The notes beneath the pieces were generated by a model. The model made no database searches. It worked only from the letters and a program-made list of their open reading frames with translations, and was not told the DNA's origin. The position numbers and the translations under genes are program-made. This document shows, one piece after another, positions 17,003 through 26,062 of a stretch of 64,000 nt of DNA. This stretch comes from a virus, in IMG/VR virus record IMGVR_UViG_3300029555_000004. One strand, 5' to 3'. How positions within the stretch are numbered: the first letter of the stretch is position 1; each line of letters opens with the position of its first letter.

Positions 17003-17630
17003 AGCCTTACAGTTTGATGAATTAAATGTTTTATCAGAGAACCGCAGAAGTGAACCGTACGAAGAATATTTCGATAAAATGTCCATTTCTGACAAACAAA
17101 AAAGACTGAGGATAGCTTTTTCCGAACAGATGGAAGAAGTTATCCTTTTTGTTTTATCACTGATAGAAACAATGGTTGAGAATGAAGAAGTTGACCAGGA
17201 ATATATAGAAAATGAGTTATCCGAACAATACCTTGCGATAACAGCTATATATTTTGCTGTTGATGACTATATCACAGATTATGTTAGACAATTCTCACAT
17301 GATGTTGTTCAATCCACATTCGATCACATCAAGGAAGAGTATTATCTTTCCAGAGACAGGGCAATGTTTATTTCTGAATGTGAAGCAAATACTTCATTGA
17401 ATTATAAGGAATACACGGATGCAATCAAATCTGGGAAGAAACATAAAACCTGGAAAGACATAGGAGATAAAAGAGAGCGCAGAACACATCTTGAAGTTGG
17501 CGGCACGACAATTCCAATCAAGGAGTTGTTTGCAGTCGGTGACAGCTTAATGCTTTTTCCAAAAGATGCTTCACATGGAGCTTCCAGCAAAGAAATTGTG
17601 AACTGTCGATGCTCAATTCAATACAGTTAA
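16995..17630 (+). CDS. minor head protein, Mu F / SPP1 gp7-like
   Basis: Follows the portal. C-terminal ...RTHLEVGGTTIP...NCRCS motif is typical of the Phage_Mu_F domain. Confidence 0.65.
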   Translation: MNKALQFDELNVLSENRRSEPYEEYFDKMSISDKQKRLRIAFSEQMEEVILFVLSLIETMVENEEVDQEYIENELSEQYLAITAIYFAVDDYITDYVRQFSHDVVQSTFDHIKEEYYLSRDRAMFISECEANTSLNYKEYTDAIKSGKKHKTWKDIGDKRERRTHLEVGGTTIPIKELFAVGDSLMLFPKDASHGASSKEIVNCRCSIQYS

Positions 17631-17632
17631 TT

Positions 17633-17660
17633 AGGGACGAGAAATCGTCTCTTTTTTATT
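17633..17660 (+). terminator. intrinsic terminator
   Basis: AGGGACGA-GAAA-TCGTCTCT stem with a GAAA tetraloop, then TTTTTTATT. Confidence 0.65.
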
Positions 17661-17756
17661 ACACAAAAATAAAATGCATCCCGATAGCGTGAACATGGGA
17701 GACACCTTATGTTGAGCGAACAACGTTAAAAAGCGTACTGGTGAAAGGAGATTTCA

Positions 17757-18380
17757 ATGACAAGAGAAGATGTTAAAAAGATTTTTCCAGAAGCAACTGA
17801 CGAGCAGATTACAGCATTTCTGAATCAGTCTAATTCTGATGTGGCTAGAGAAAAAGCAAAAGCCCAGAAGATGAAAGAGGATGCAGAAAAAGCGGAAGCA
17901 CTGGAAAAAGAACTGGAAGAACTCAAACAGCAGAACATGACGGAAGCTGAGAAAGCAGAACTGGAACGCCAGAAAGAAAAAGTTGCAAATGAGAAGAGGA
18001 TTTCTGACCTCGAATCTGCACTTGCAACGTCCCAGAGAGAAGCCCTAGTAGGAAAAATCACTTCCATTTTTGCTAATGCAGGAATGAAAGGGGATGCTTA
18101 CGCCGGAGCGATCAAAGCTTTTTCCAACATGAATGCGGATGATGCTCTTAAAGAAGCCCAGACCTTTGTTGATGGAATTTCCGCAGAAAATAAAGCGACA
18201 CTTGATACCGCAAAGGCAGCTTGGGAGAAGGAAGCATTGGAAAACACTCCGAATCCGGGCGGTGGTAGTGGTAGCAAAGATACCGTAAAAAGCGATGCTG
18301 CTGAATTTGCAAAAGCTTACTCAGCAAAAATGAACCAGGAAACTAAATCAGCGGACGGTAACGCCCCTGTAAATATTTAA
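17757..18380 (+). CDS. head scaffolding protein
   Basis: Highly charged coiled-coil (EKAKAQKMKEDAEKAEALEKELEELKQQ...), positioned before the capsid gene. Confidence 0.6.
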   Translation: MTREDVKKIFPEATDEQITAFLNQSNSDVAREKAKAQKMKEDAEKAEALEKELEELKQQNMTEAEKAELERQKEKVANEKRISDLESALATSQREALVGKITSIFANAGMKGDAYAGAIKAFSNMNADDALKEAQTFVDGISAENKATLDTAKAAWEKEALENTPNPGGGSGSKDTVKSDAAEFAKAYSAKMNQETKSADGNAPVNI

Positions 18381-18398
18381 GTAAAGGAGATATAAATA

Positions 18399-18743
18399 AT
18401 GGCTTTTATGAAAACAGAGCAGTATGAGTCCACTCCAAATATTCTCGAATCCGAGGTCGGACTTGTGCTTAAAACCTACACAGCAGATCAGACAAATGCT
18501 GAAACAGTTGGAACTAAGAAAATTATTAAAGCAGGTTCCGTATATCCAACAAATGCGACAGGTGCAATCGGTATTGTATTTGAAGATGTTGATATGACAG
18601 ATGATACCAAGAGACCAATTTCCGTGATTGTCGCAGGACGTGTTCTCGAAAAGAGACTTCCGGTAACAGTTGACACTACTGCAAAAACAGAGCTTGAAAA
18701 AGCCGGAATTGTTTTTGTAGTCACAGAAGACCCAGTATTTTAA
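18399..18743 (+). CDS. DUF2190-like head protein (decoration or protease-associated)
   Basis: 114 aa, between scaffold and major capsid. Call based on size and position. Confidence 0.4.
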   Translation: MAFMKTEQYESTPNILESEVGLVLKTYTADQTNAETVGTKKIIKAGSVYPTNATGAIGIVFEDVDMTDDTKRPISVIVAGRVLEKRLPVTVDTTAKTELEKAGIVFVVTEDPVF

Positions 18744-18756
18744 GGAGGTATGACAA

Positions 18757-19794
18757 ATGCCATTTAATGTATTAGAAACAATCACAGAGGAAGAGAGACT
18801 TAATTTCTCCCAGAGTTTTGATGTAAAAAGACCTGGCATCCTTGGTACCATTTTCCCGGATACAAAAACACAATATTTGAAAGCCGAATACTACAGACTT
18901 ATGGCTGGACAGCGACTGCCAGAGGTAGCTTTTGTTCACGCACTTGATACCGAAGCAGAAATCGGTTCCAGACCTGGTTTCGAAAAGGTATTGACCGAGA
19001 AACTTTTCATTAAGAGAAAAATCAATCAGTCTGAGAGATTACAGCAGGCTATTGAAAATGGTGTTCCAGATGACAATAATCTCAAAAAATTTGTATTTGA
19101 CGATGCAGCCAATCTTTTTGAGGGCGTAGTCGCAAGGGCGAATGTAATGAAAGGCCAGTTCCTTTCCACTGGTATTGTAAAAATCAAGGAAAATCATGTG
19201 GATATGAGCATTGATTACGGCGTTACATCTGATGCAAAAGTAACACTCACTGATTGGTCTAAGCCAGACGCAGATATCATGGGCGATATCCAGAAGATGG
19301 TAGCCATTGCAGAAGATAACGGATATGTGGTAAACAAAGCTCTTACTTCTCTCAAAATGATTAATTACATGAGAAACAATACTGCAATGCAGACCGCTGT
19401 TCTTGGAGCTGCAAACAAACGTCTTCTGACAAAACAGGAGCTTACAAATCTGCTTATGCAGGAGTACGGATTCACAATTGATCGTTGTGATGAAAAATAT
19501 CGTTACAGAAAAGCAGACGGAACTCTGAAAACAGGAAGATACTTCAAAGAAGATGTGTTTACTTTGTATGAAGCAAATGCGAATGGCTCCTTTGGCTCCG
19601 GACTTTGGGGTGTAACTCCAGAGGAAACGGAATACAGACAGTTCATCCAGGAAGAGAACCGTTCTTTCGTAACTCTGTCCATGTGGGCTACACCAGATCC
19701 AGTTGCAGTATGGACAAAAGCATCCGGTATGTTCGTTCCTGTTGCACCAAAAGCCAACGGCGGTATCGTAATCGGTACCAAGGCGGGGGAATAA
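18757..19794 (+). CDS. major capsid protein
   Basis: 345 aa. Strong AAGGAGG RBS. Canonical position after scaffold and the DUF2190-like gene. Confidence 0.75.
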   Translation: MPFNVLETITEEERLNFSQSFDVKRPGILGTIFPDTKTQYLKAEYYRLMAGQRLPEVAFVHALDTEAEIGSRPGFEKVLTEKLFIKRKINQSERLQQAIENGVPDDNNLKKFVFDDAANLFEGVVARANVMKGQFLSTGIVKIKENHVDMSIDYGVTSDAKVTLTDWSKPDADIMGDIQKMVAIAEDNGYVVNKALTSLKMINYMRNNTAMQTAVLGAANKRLLTKQELTNLLMQEYGFTIDRCDEKYRYRKADGTLKTGRYFKEDVFTLYEANANGSFGSGLWGVTPEETEYRQFIQEENRSFVTLSMWATPDPVAVWTKASGMFVPVAPKANGGIVIGTKAGE

Positions 19795-19994
19795 CCGGGC
19801 ATAGTCTCGATGAAAACAGCCAGTCACCATCTGTAGCGAGTGCTTATGATGAATCAAAACATAAGTATACAGAAAGCGAGTTGTCTAATATGACTGTATC
19901 TCAGTTAAGACAACTTGCAAGTGATAACGGCTATGCCCTGACAGCAACTAATAAGGCTGGAATAATATCAGAGATTTTATCTCAGCAAAGGTAG
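19785..19994 (+). other. -1-frame extension after the capsid gene, encoding a HeH/Rho_N-like domain with no canonical start
   Basis: The -1 frame is open across the capsid stop. It has no ATG/GTG/TTG with an RBS before NMTVSQLRQLASDNGYALTATNKAGIISEIL. A G5 run (19785-19789) lies just before the capsid TAA. Confidence 0.35.
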
Positions 19995-20002
19995 GTGATT
20001 AA

Positions 20003-20323
20003 ATGGACGAACAGCTTATAGAGGACTTGACAAATTATCTTGAAGATGATGCAGAAACTGCGAGGATGATTCCTCTTTCGGCAAAGAGGGCTATTCGTTC
20101 ATTTAAGAAGAAAAGGAATTATCCTTCATCTTACAGTGATGAGAAAATAAATTCCGATATGGAAAACTGCTATGATTGCATATTTGATTTGGCTCTTTTC
20201 TTCCTGGTGAAACAGGGAGCTGAATTTCAAGAATCACATTCCGAATCTTCTGTAAACAGAAATTGGACTTCTGAAACTGAAATATATGTAAATCATGGTG
20301 TTTTTCCATTTATCGGATTCTAA
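20003..20323 (+). CDS. head-tail connector (gp6-like adaptor)
   Basis: 106 aa directly after the capsid region. The N-terminal pattern LIEDLTNYLEDD..ARMIPLSAKRAI is typical of gp6-like adaptors. Call based on position and motif. Confidence 0.45.
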   Translation: MDEQLIEDLTNYLEDDAETARMIPLSAKRAIRSFKKKRNYPSSYSDEKINSDMENCYDCIFDLALFFLVKQGAEFQESHSESSVNRNWTSETEIYVNHGVFPFIGF

Positions 20324-20430
20324 GATGGTGTGTGCGTGATACGTCAATCCTCCCACGTATCGCAGGGGTGCTTCAAATTAGGTGGGTAGAAGCAATATCT
20401 AAAAAATGGGAGTGATGGAAAGGAATAGCG

Positions 20431-20742
20431 ATGGGATGTGAACACGAGTGTATCAACGAACACCGCTTGAAAGAATTGGAAAGTGCCGTCCATGAGATGA
20501 AAGAAAAGCATTCCAAAAGGGATGGAGTTTTTTTTGAACGTATCAATGCTTTGGAACAGAAAATTGCTTTATACAACAATGACCTGGGACACATTAAGGA
20601 TACAGTTGACGAAATGAACGACAATTTAAAATCACTCATGGAAAAGCCAGGAAAGTTACAGGACAAAATAATTGCTTATGTCATAACTGGCATAATTGGT
20701 ATTGTTTTAGGCTTTGCCCTAAAAGGCATTTTCCCGGTGTAA
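20431..20742 (+). CDS. coiled-coil protein with a C-terminal TM helix (XhlA-like architecture)
   Basis: N-terminal heptad region plus C-terminal IIAYVITGIIGIVLGFALKGIF. Confidence 0.35.
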   Translation: MGCEHECINEHRLKELESAVHEMKEKHSKRDGVFFERINALEQKIALYNNDLGHIKDTVDEMNDNLKSLMEKPGKLQDKIIAYVITGIIGIVLGFALKGIFPV

Positions 20743-20774
20743 ATATTGATTCCACTAACAGGGAGGACAGTGGA

Positions 20775-21011
20775 ATGGATGATTATAAAGACTTTTCAGA
20801 AGATGAAAGAATCTTCTATTTGCGTGAAGCTGGATTTGATTCCAGAGAAAAGGAGTTATTCCGATTGCGTGTCTATGAAGAAAAAACGCTTGCAGAAGCT
20901 TCAGAAATCATGGGCTACAGCACGAGAACCGTAGACCGCATAAACAGAAAATTAAAAAAGAAAATTATGAAAGTTGCCCCGATGTATTGTCGGGGCTTTT
21001 CTTTGTATTAA
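20775..21011 (+). CDS. sigma-70 region-4 / LuxR-type HTH protein (78 aa)
   Basis: REKELFRLRVYEEKTLAEASEIMGYSTRTVDRINRKLKKK is a region-4-like HTH. Confidence 0.55.
   Translation: MDDYKDFSEDERIFYLREAGFDSREKELFRLRVYEEKTLAEASEIMGYSTRTVDRINRKLKKKIMKVAPMYCRGFSLY
20976..21003 (+). terminator. intrinsic terminator overlapping the 3' end of the HTH gene
   Basis: GCCCCGA-TGTATTG-TCGGGGC, then TTTTCTTT. Confidence 0.6.
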
Positions 21012-21017
21012 TAGAAA

Positions 21018-21046
21018 ATGGCGTATTTATGGCGTTATCATGGCGT
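21018..21046 (+). repeat. three helically phased ATGGCGT repeats
   Basis: ATGGCGT at 21018, 21029 and 21040 (11-bp period), upstream of the 21105 cassette. Confidence 0.6.
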
Positions 21047-21104
21047 GTTAATCAACCTCTTATTATTGTAAAATATAGTTATAAAAACAAGGGAGGTTTG
21101 AGAT

Positions 21105-21602
21105 ATGCAGTATGGTAATCCGTATTTTGCACAACCATTTCAACAAATACAGCCGTATCAAGATAGATTAGCACAATTACAGAATAGTTATCAGCAGGCA
21201 ATGCCATACGGGCAGGCGCAGATTCAGCAACCAATACAACAAATGCCACAAGTACCACAAATCCCCATGTTGCAAGGACAGATGGTCGATGGTATTGATA
21301 CCGTAAAGGCAAAAGACGTAGATATGTCTGGAAACCCTGTTTATTATCCAAAAACAGATGGAACAGAAATATATAGAAAACAATTACAGGCAGATGGAAG
21401 AAGTAGAATTTTTGTTTATCGACTTATAAATCCGGAAGAACAACAGCAACCAAAGGCAGAAGAAAAACCAATTGACATAGAAGCTATGTTTAATCAGCTT
21501 CGGAACGATGTTTGTTCTGAGATTTCCGAAATAAAGAGTATGTTTCCGACACAAATGTCGGGAACACCGGAACTCAAGCAGAATGGAGGTAAACAGAGAT
21601 GA
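21105..21602 (+). CDS. Gln/Pro-rich protein of unknown function
   Basis: ORF track. GGGAGG RBS. N-terminal Q/P-rich low complexity. Confidence 0.55.
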   Translation: MQYGNPYFAQPFQQIQPYQDRLAQLQNSYQQAMPYGQAQIQQPIQQMPQVPQIPMLQGQMVDGIDTVKAKDVDMSGNPVYYPKTDGTEIYRKQLQADGRSRIFVYRLINPEEQQQPKAEEKPIDIEAMFNQLRNDVCSEISEIKSMFPTQMSGTPELKQNGGKQR

Positions 21603-21844
21603 ATTTTAGTCCAAACGCCATGATGAAAAAGCAATTTGAGAAAATGATTACTCAGAGGTTCGGAAGTGTTGATAACATGATAAACGATATGAGTAAATTT
21701 GCAGGGAATAATCCAACATTAAAAAATGCGTTGGATTTATACAAAAAAGGTGATACAGACCAGTTGCATCAAATACAGCAAAATGTATTTAATGAAAAAC
21801 ACTTATCACCAGATGGAATTATACAGAAATTCCTTGGATTATAA
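21599..21844 (+). CDS. hypothetical protein
   Basis: ORF track. ATGA overlap with the previous gene. Confidence 0.55.
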   Translation: MNFSPNAMMKKQFEKMITQRFGSVDNMINDMSKFAGNNPTLKNALDLYKKGDTDQLHQIQQNVFNEKHLSPDGIIQKFLGL

Positions 21845-21940
21845 CACTTCCCCATAATTGGGTGATTAAGAATCGCTACAATTTGGGACGACAGCCGCGG
21901 ATGTCTCCTATTGTAAATAAAATTTAAGGAGACTAAAAAC

Positions 21941-22750
21941 ATGATGAATGGTTCAAATTACAGCCTTAGCGACATTGCAGCTGCTACAGGCTCTAATAAC
22001 CGTGCCAATGATATGTGGGGCGGTGATGGCTTTTCACTTATCTGGCTCGTCCTAATCTTCGCAATCTTCGGCTGGGGAGGTTTTGGCGGCTGGGGCGGCG
22101 GCTTTGGTGGTAACGGTGGAAACGGTGCGAACGGTGCCGGCTTCCAAGGATGGGCTACCCGTTCAGATATTAATGAGGAATTCGCCCTTAATGATATTCA
22201 GAATGGTATCAGAGGTATTCAGCAGGGTATCTGTGACAGCACATATTCTCTTAACAATACCATGCAGAGTGGCTTTAATGGTATGAATGTCGGAATGCTT
22301 CAAGGCTTTAATGGCGTTCAGCAGGCAATCAATGCTGATACTGTAGCCGGTATGCAGAATACCAACGCATTACAGTCTCAGTTAGCAAATTGTTGCTGCG
22401 AAACAAGAGAAGCAATCCAGGGCATCAATTATAACCTTGCCACTAACACTTGTGCTCTCCAGAACACAATGAACAACAACACAAGAGATCTTCTGGAAAA
22501 CCAGAACAGCAACACAAGAGCAATCCTTGACTTCCTGACTAACGATAAGATTGCAACATTACAGGCAGAGAACTCTGATCTGAAACGTGCTGCATCCCAG
22601 GATCGCCAGTCTGCATTGCTTACAACAGAGATGTACGCACAGGCTCAGAGATTAATCAATGCAATCAACCCGGCTCCGATTCCTGCATTCCAGGTTCCAG
22701 CTCCATATGCATACGCAGGATGTAATACATATGGTAACGGTTGTTGCTAA
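21941..22750 (+). CDS. Gly-rich membrane-anchored, Asn/Gln-rich protein with Cys clusters
   Basis: TM helix LIWLVLIFAIFGW followed by GGFGGWGGGFGGNGGNGANG. Internal CCC and a C-terminal GCNTYGNGCC. Confidence 0.55.
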   Translation: MMNGSNYSLSDIAAATGSNNRANDMWGGDGFSLIWLVLIFAIFGWGGFGGWGGGFGGNGGNGANGAGFQGWATRSDINEEFALNDIQNGIRGIQQGICDSTYSLNNTMQSGFNGMNVGMLQGFNGVQQAINADTVAGMQNTNALQSQLANCCCETREAIQGINYNLATNTCALQNTMNNNTRDLLENQNSNTRAILDFLTNDKIATLQAENSDLKRAASQDRQSALLTTEMYAQAQRLINAINPAPIPAFQVPAPYAYAGCNTYGNGCC

Positions 22751-22829
22751 GTAACTCACCCTTAGAGGTTGACTAAATTCTAAGAGGTGGGTTGCGGCTC
22801 ACCTCTTATTTTGATTGAGAGGTAGAAAT

Positions 22830-23255
22830 ATGAGTTGTAAAAATGTTTGTAAGCTCTGCAACCGTCTTGTAATAAGCCAAGCTGTTGCGTTTACAGGAGG
22901 TAATCTTGTAATCACACTCCCAGAAGGCAGTTACAACAATGGAGAGAAATATTGTATTGTTGTTGCACAAAGTATACCAGAAGCCACTACAATTACTGCT
23001 CCGGTAATGATTCAGATAGGAACAGGAACAACTTTGTATCCGCTAGAAAATCGTTGCTGTGCACAGATTACGGCTTGTGGAATAAGAACCAGAACGAAGT
23101 ACGCAACCAGAGTAGCTACAAGTGCAACTGGCGGAGTATTCAAGATGTTAGGAAATCCGGCTTGTAGTCCGAGCAACAATTTGAAAGCAATTAATGGTAC
23201 AGCCCCAACGACAGAAGCACCTGTTACGCAGGCTGTTAGAAAGGGGGCACTGTAA
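22830..23255 (+). CDS. Cys-rich protein of unknown function
   Basis: ORF track 22815..23255. Start moved to ATG 22830 behind GAGAGG. N-terminal CKNVCKLC. Confidence 0.5.
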   Translation: MSCKNVCKLCNRLVISQAVAFTGGNLVITLPEGSYNNGEKYCIVVAQSIPEATTITAPVMIQIGTGTTLYPLENRCCAQITACGIRTRTKYATRVATSATGGVFKMLGNPACSPSNNLKAINGTAPTTEAPVTQAVRKGAL

Positions 23256-23887
23256 TGCATAAAGTTGCAATGGAAATGGGAAAATGGGCTATGGAAAAAG
23301 CCAAAACACATGGCTTTGATAATCTTAGTGCTCAAGACTGGGACGATTTGAAAGACTGCATGGAAGCAGTAAAATGTGCGATTTGCGCTGATAAAGATTA
23401 TCGTATTGTGGAAGCTATGGATGAATGCGAACAGGAAGAAAAGTATCTTGGACGCATGGGATATGACCGTTACCGCTATTCAAATGGGCGTTTCGCTCCA
23501 AAAGGTAGGGGAACCAGAAAAGGCTATAGACCGTATCTGTATATGCAGGATGATGACTGGATGGATGAGTATTTAAACAATCCAGAATTTGAGCGCAATA
23601 TGTACCGCATGGGATATCATCCAGATCGTAGTGATATGGAAAATGATGGTATGAATATGAATTGGAAGAAATCCAGATATGGCGAATCCTATGATAAATA
23701 CGATGAGAATCGTAGACACTATCATGATTCCAAAGACACGGAATCCAAGAGAAAAATGGATGATTCCATGAAAGAATACACATCAGATATTATTCGTAAT
23801 CTCACGGAAATGTGGTCAGATGCAGATGCAACACTCAGACAGTCAATGAAAGCTGACCTGACCAGACTTGTACAGCAGATGAACTAG
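23255..23887 (+). CDS. hypothetical charged, Tyr/Met/Asp-rich protein
   Basis: ORF track. TAATG overlap with the previous gene. Confidence 0.5.
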   Translation: MHKVAMEMGKWAMEKAKTHGFDNLSAQDWDDLKDCMEAVKCAICADKDYRIVEAMDECEQEEKYLGRMGYDRYRYSNGRFAPKGRGTRKGYRPYLYMQDDDWMDEYLNNPEFERNMYRMGYHPDRSDMENDGMNMNWKKSRYGESYDKYDENRRHYHDSKDTESKRKMDDSMKEYTSDIIRNLTEMWSDADATLRQSMKADLTRLVQQMN

Positions 23888-23963
23888 AGCAATAAATGAA
23901 TTAAGTCCTTGTCGCGAATTAATGCGGCAGGGGCTTTTTTCGTAGAAAGGATGGTAAGAAACC

Positions 23964-24350
23964 ATGCTGAAACAATTCTATATGAACGGGTACTTATGGA
24001 GAGTTCGCTTTGTTTCTCCCCATGATAATGTTTTGATTGACCGCACAGGAAAACGCACACTTGCTGTATCTGATTACTCTACAATGACAATTTCGATTGC
24101 AAACAACTTGCATGGTGAACTTCTAAATCGTGTATTTATTCATGAATTAGGGCATTGTGTGATGTTCAGCTACGGTTTACTTACAGAGCTTCACCGCATG
24201 GTTAAGAAACGATACTGGGTAGATGCAGAGGAATTTGTATGCAATATTCTGGCAGACTATGGACAGTTTGTTATTGGCACAGCCAGAGATATCTTAGGAA
24301 ACCAGTTCACATATGTAGCTCCCATTGGGGCAGAAAGGATGATTGCGTAA
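23964..24350 (+). CDS. putative zinc metallopeptidase (HExxH)
   Basis: FIHELGHCV contains an HExxH motif in a 128-aa protein. Confidence 0.45.
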   Translation: MLKQFYMNGYLWRVRFVSPHDNVLIDRTGKRTLAVSDYSTMTISIANNLHGELLNRVFIHELGHCVMFSYGLLTELHRMVKKRYWVDAEEFVCNILADYGQFVIGTARDILGNQFTYVAPIGAERMIA

Positions 24351-24593
24351 ATGGCAAAAGCAGAAAACACAATTATTTTTGATGGCATTCAGTACAATCC
24401 AGGTGATGAATTGCCGGATTTAGGCAGTTGGGTATGTACAGATGCAAAAGGTATGGTTCGTGATTACGAGGGGCTTTCAAAAGATGTATCAAAGCTCCCA
24501 CATTATGTACAGAGCGGTTCTTCGGCGTTGTGCCTTGATACCTCTGAATTATACGAGTATCACAAACCTACAGACACATGGTACAGGTTGTAA
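24351..24593 (+). CDS. hypothetical protein
   Basis: ORF track. Starts immediately after the previous stop. Confidence 0.5.
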   Translation: MAKAENTIIFDGIQYNPGDELPDLGSWVCTDAKGMVRDYEGLSKDVSKLPHYVQSGSSALCLDTSELYEYHKPTDTWYRL

Positions 24594-24604
24594 AGGAGAA
24601 GCGT

Positions 24605-26044
24605 ATGGCATTAACAGCAAAGAAAGTATATGCAATATTAAAACGCCAGATTTCCGATATGGAATCACAACTGAATCATCCAGTTAGATATAAAGGAACA
24701 GTCGCTACAGCAGATTTACTCCCACTAAATCCAGCCATTGGAGACATGTATAATATCGAATCCAAATCCATCTATGGCGGAGCAGGAATGAATGTGGCAT
24801 GGAACGGCGTAGTTTGGGACACTATGGGCGCTCCAATTGATATGTCACTGTATCTCACAAAAGAAGAATCAGAGACGGTAATACAAAGATTAGTTACGGA
24901 ATATTTTGAAAAGAATCCAGTCAAGCCTGGAGCCACGACAGAACAGGCACAGCAGATCGAGCAGAACAAGACAGACATTGCTTCACTGAAAACGGAAACT
25001 GGTTCACTAAAGGAAGATTTAGAGATTTCGCTATTAGAGAATGACAGATTATATGAAGGTACAAATCTTGCCGAAAAATTCAAAGATGAAATCGCTAATT
25101 ACTCAGACATCTGGCAGTGGATCAAAGCCAGAATCAAGGCAGGAAACTTTGCGGGTATTCATGTAAATGATTTTATCCGCTGGCAGACAACAGATAAGAA
25201 ATGGATTGAATCCCGTATTGCTGGTATCAACACATATAAGAGATATGGAAACCAGGCGGCGCCAGACCACATTGATTTCATATCAAAGGATTTGTGGCCG
25301 ACTCTGCATGTTATGCAGCCAGTCAACTATAACAATGGCGTAATCCCTATCGAAAATCTGTCAGGGGATGGCGCAAAAACAACATTTACTCTGGTAAATG
25401 AAATGGCGGGGATCGCGTCTGTTACAGTCGGCGGTACCGCAGTGACAAGCTACACATACGATATTGATACCCACACAATTACTTTCAGCGAAGCACCAGT
25501 GACGGGAACGAATAATATCGTGGTAACCGGAACTGGTTCAATGCACCCTTGGTTATCATCAGATCTGTATTTATACGCAAACAGTCTTAGAGGTCATGTA
25601 CCGAGTGGTACAAGCAAGACCTCACCTGTTAAGTTAGTAGATTACAGGGACGATGGTATTTGGTCTAAACTGCCAGATGAGCTGAAATCCGTAATCGTAA
25701 CGAAACGCGCATTACTCTCTCAGCGATATTCAGCATCTGGGGTGTTATCAAATAATAATTCCTGGGGCTGGCAGGATACGGGTAAACTCTGGATCCCGTC
25801 AGAAATTGAGGTGTATGGGCATGGTGTATGGGCAAATAACGGATATGATAAAGGTGGATTTGTCCAGTATCCGATATTCAACTGCAATATGGGACGTATA
25901 AAAGGACTGGGTGACTGGTGGTTGATTTCTGATTCCGATGGCAACACCAGCTACTTCTGTGGTGTCACCGGCGGCGGTAATGCCAGCCACGCCGTTGCTT
26001 CCGCCACCTGGGTGGGGCTGCCCGTCTGCTTCCGAATTGCGTAG
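24605..26044 (+). CDS. fiber / receptor-binding-like structural protein
   Basis: ORF track 24578..26044. Start moved to ATG 24605 behind AAGGAGAAG. Its C-terminus (WWLISDS..SYFCGVTGGGNASHAV..PVCFRIA) is paralogous to that of 46866..47843. Confidence 0.45.
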   Translation: MALTAKKVYAILKRQISDMESQLNHPVRYKGTVATADLLPLNPAIGDMYNIESKSIYGGAGMNVAWNGVVWDTMGAPIDMSLYLTKEESETVIQRLVTEYFEKNPVKPGATTEQAQQIEQNKTDIASLKTETGSLKEDLEISLLENDRLYEGTNLAEKFKDEIANYSDIWQWIKARIKAGNFAGIHVNDFIRWQTTDKKWIESRIAGINTYKRYGNQAAPDHIDFISKDLWPTLHVMQPVNYNNGVIPIENLSGDGAKTTFTLVNEMAGIASVTVGGTAVTSYTYDIDTHTITFSEAPVTGTNNIVVTGTGSMHPWLSSDLYLYANSLRGHVPSGTSKTSPVKLVDYRDDGIWSKLPDELKSVIVTKRALLSQRYSASGVLSNNNSWGWQDTGKLWIPSEIEVYGHGVWANNGYDKGGFVQYPIFNCNMGRIKGLGDWWLISDSDGNTSYFCGVTGGGNASHAVASATWVGLPVCFRIA

Positions 26045-26062
26045 TGAAAGGAGATTAAATCT

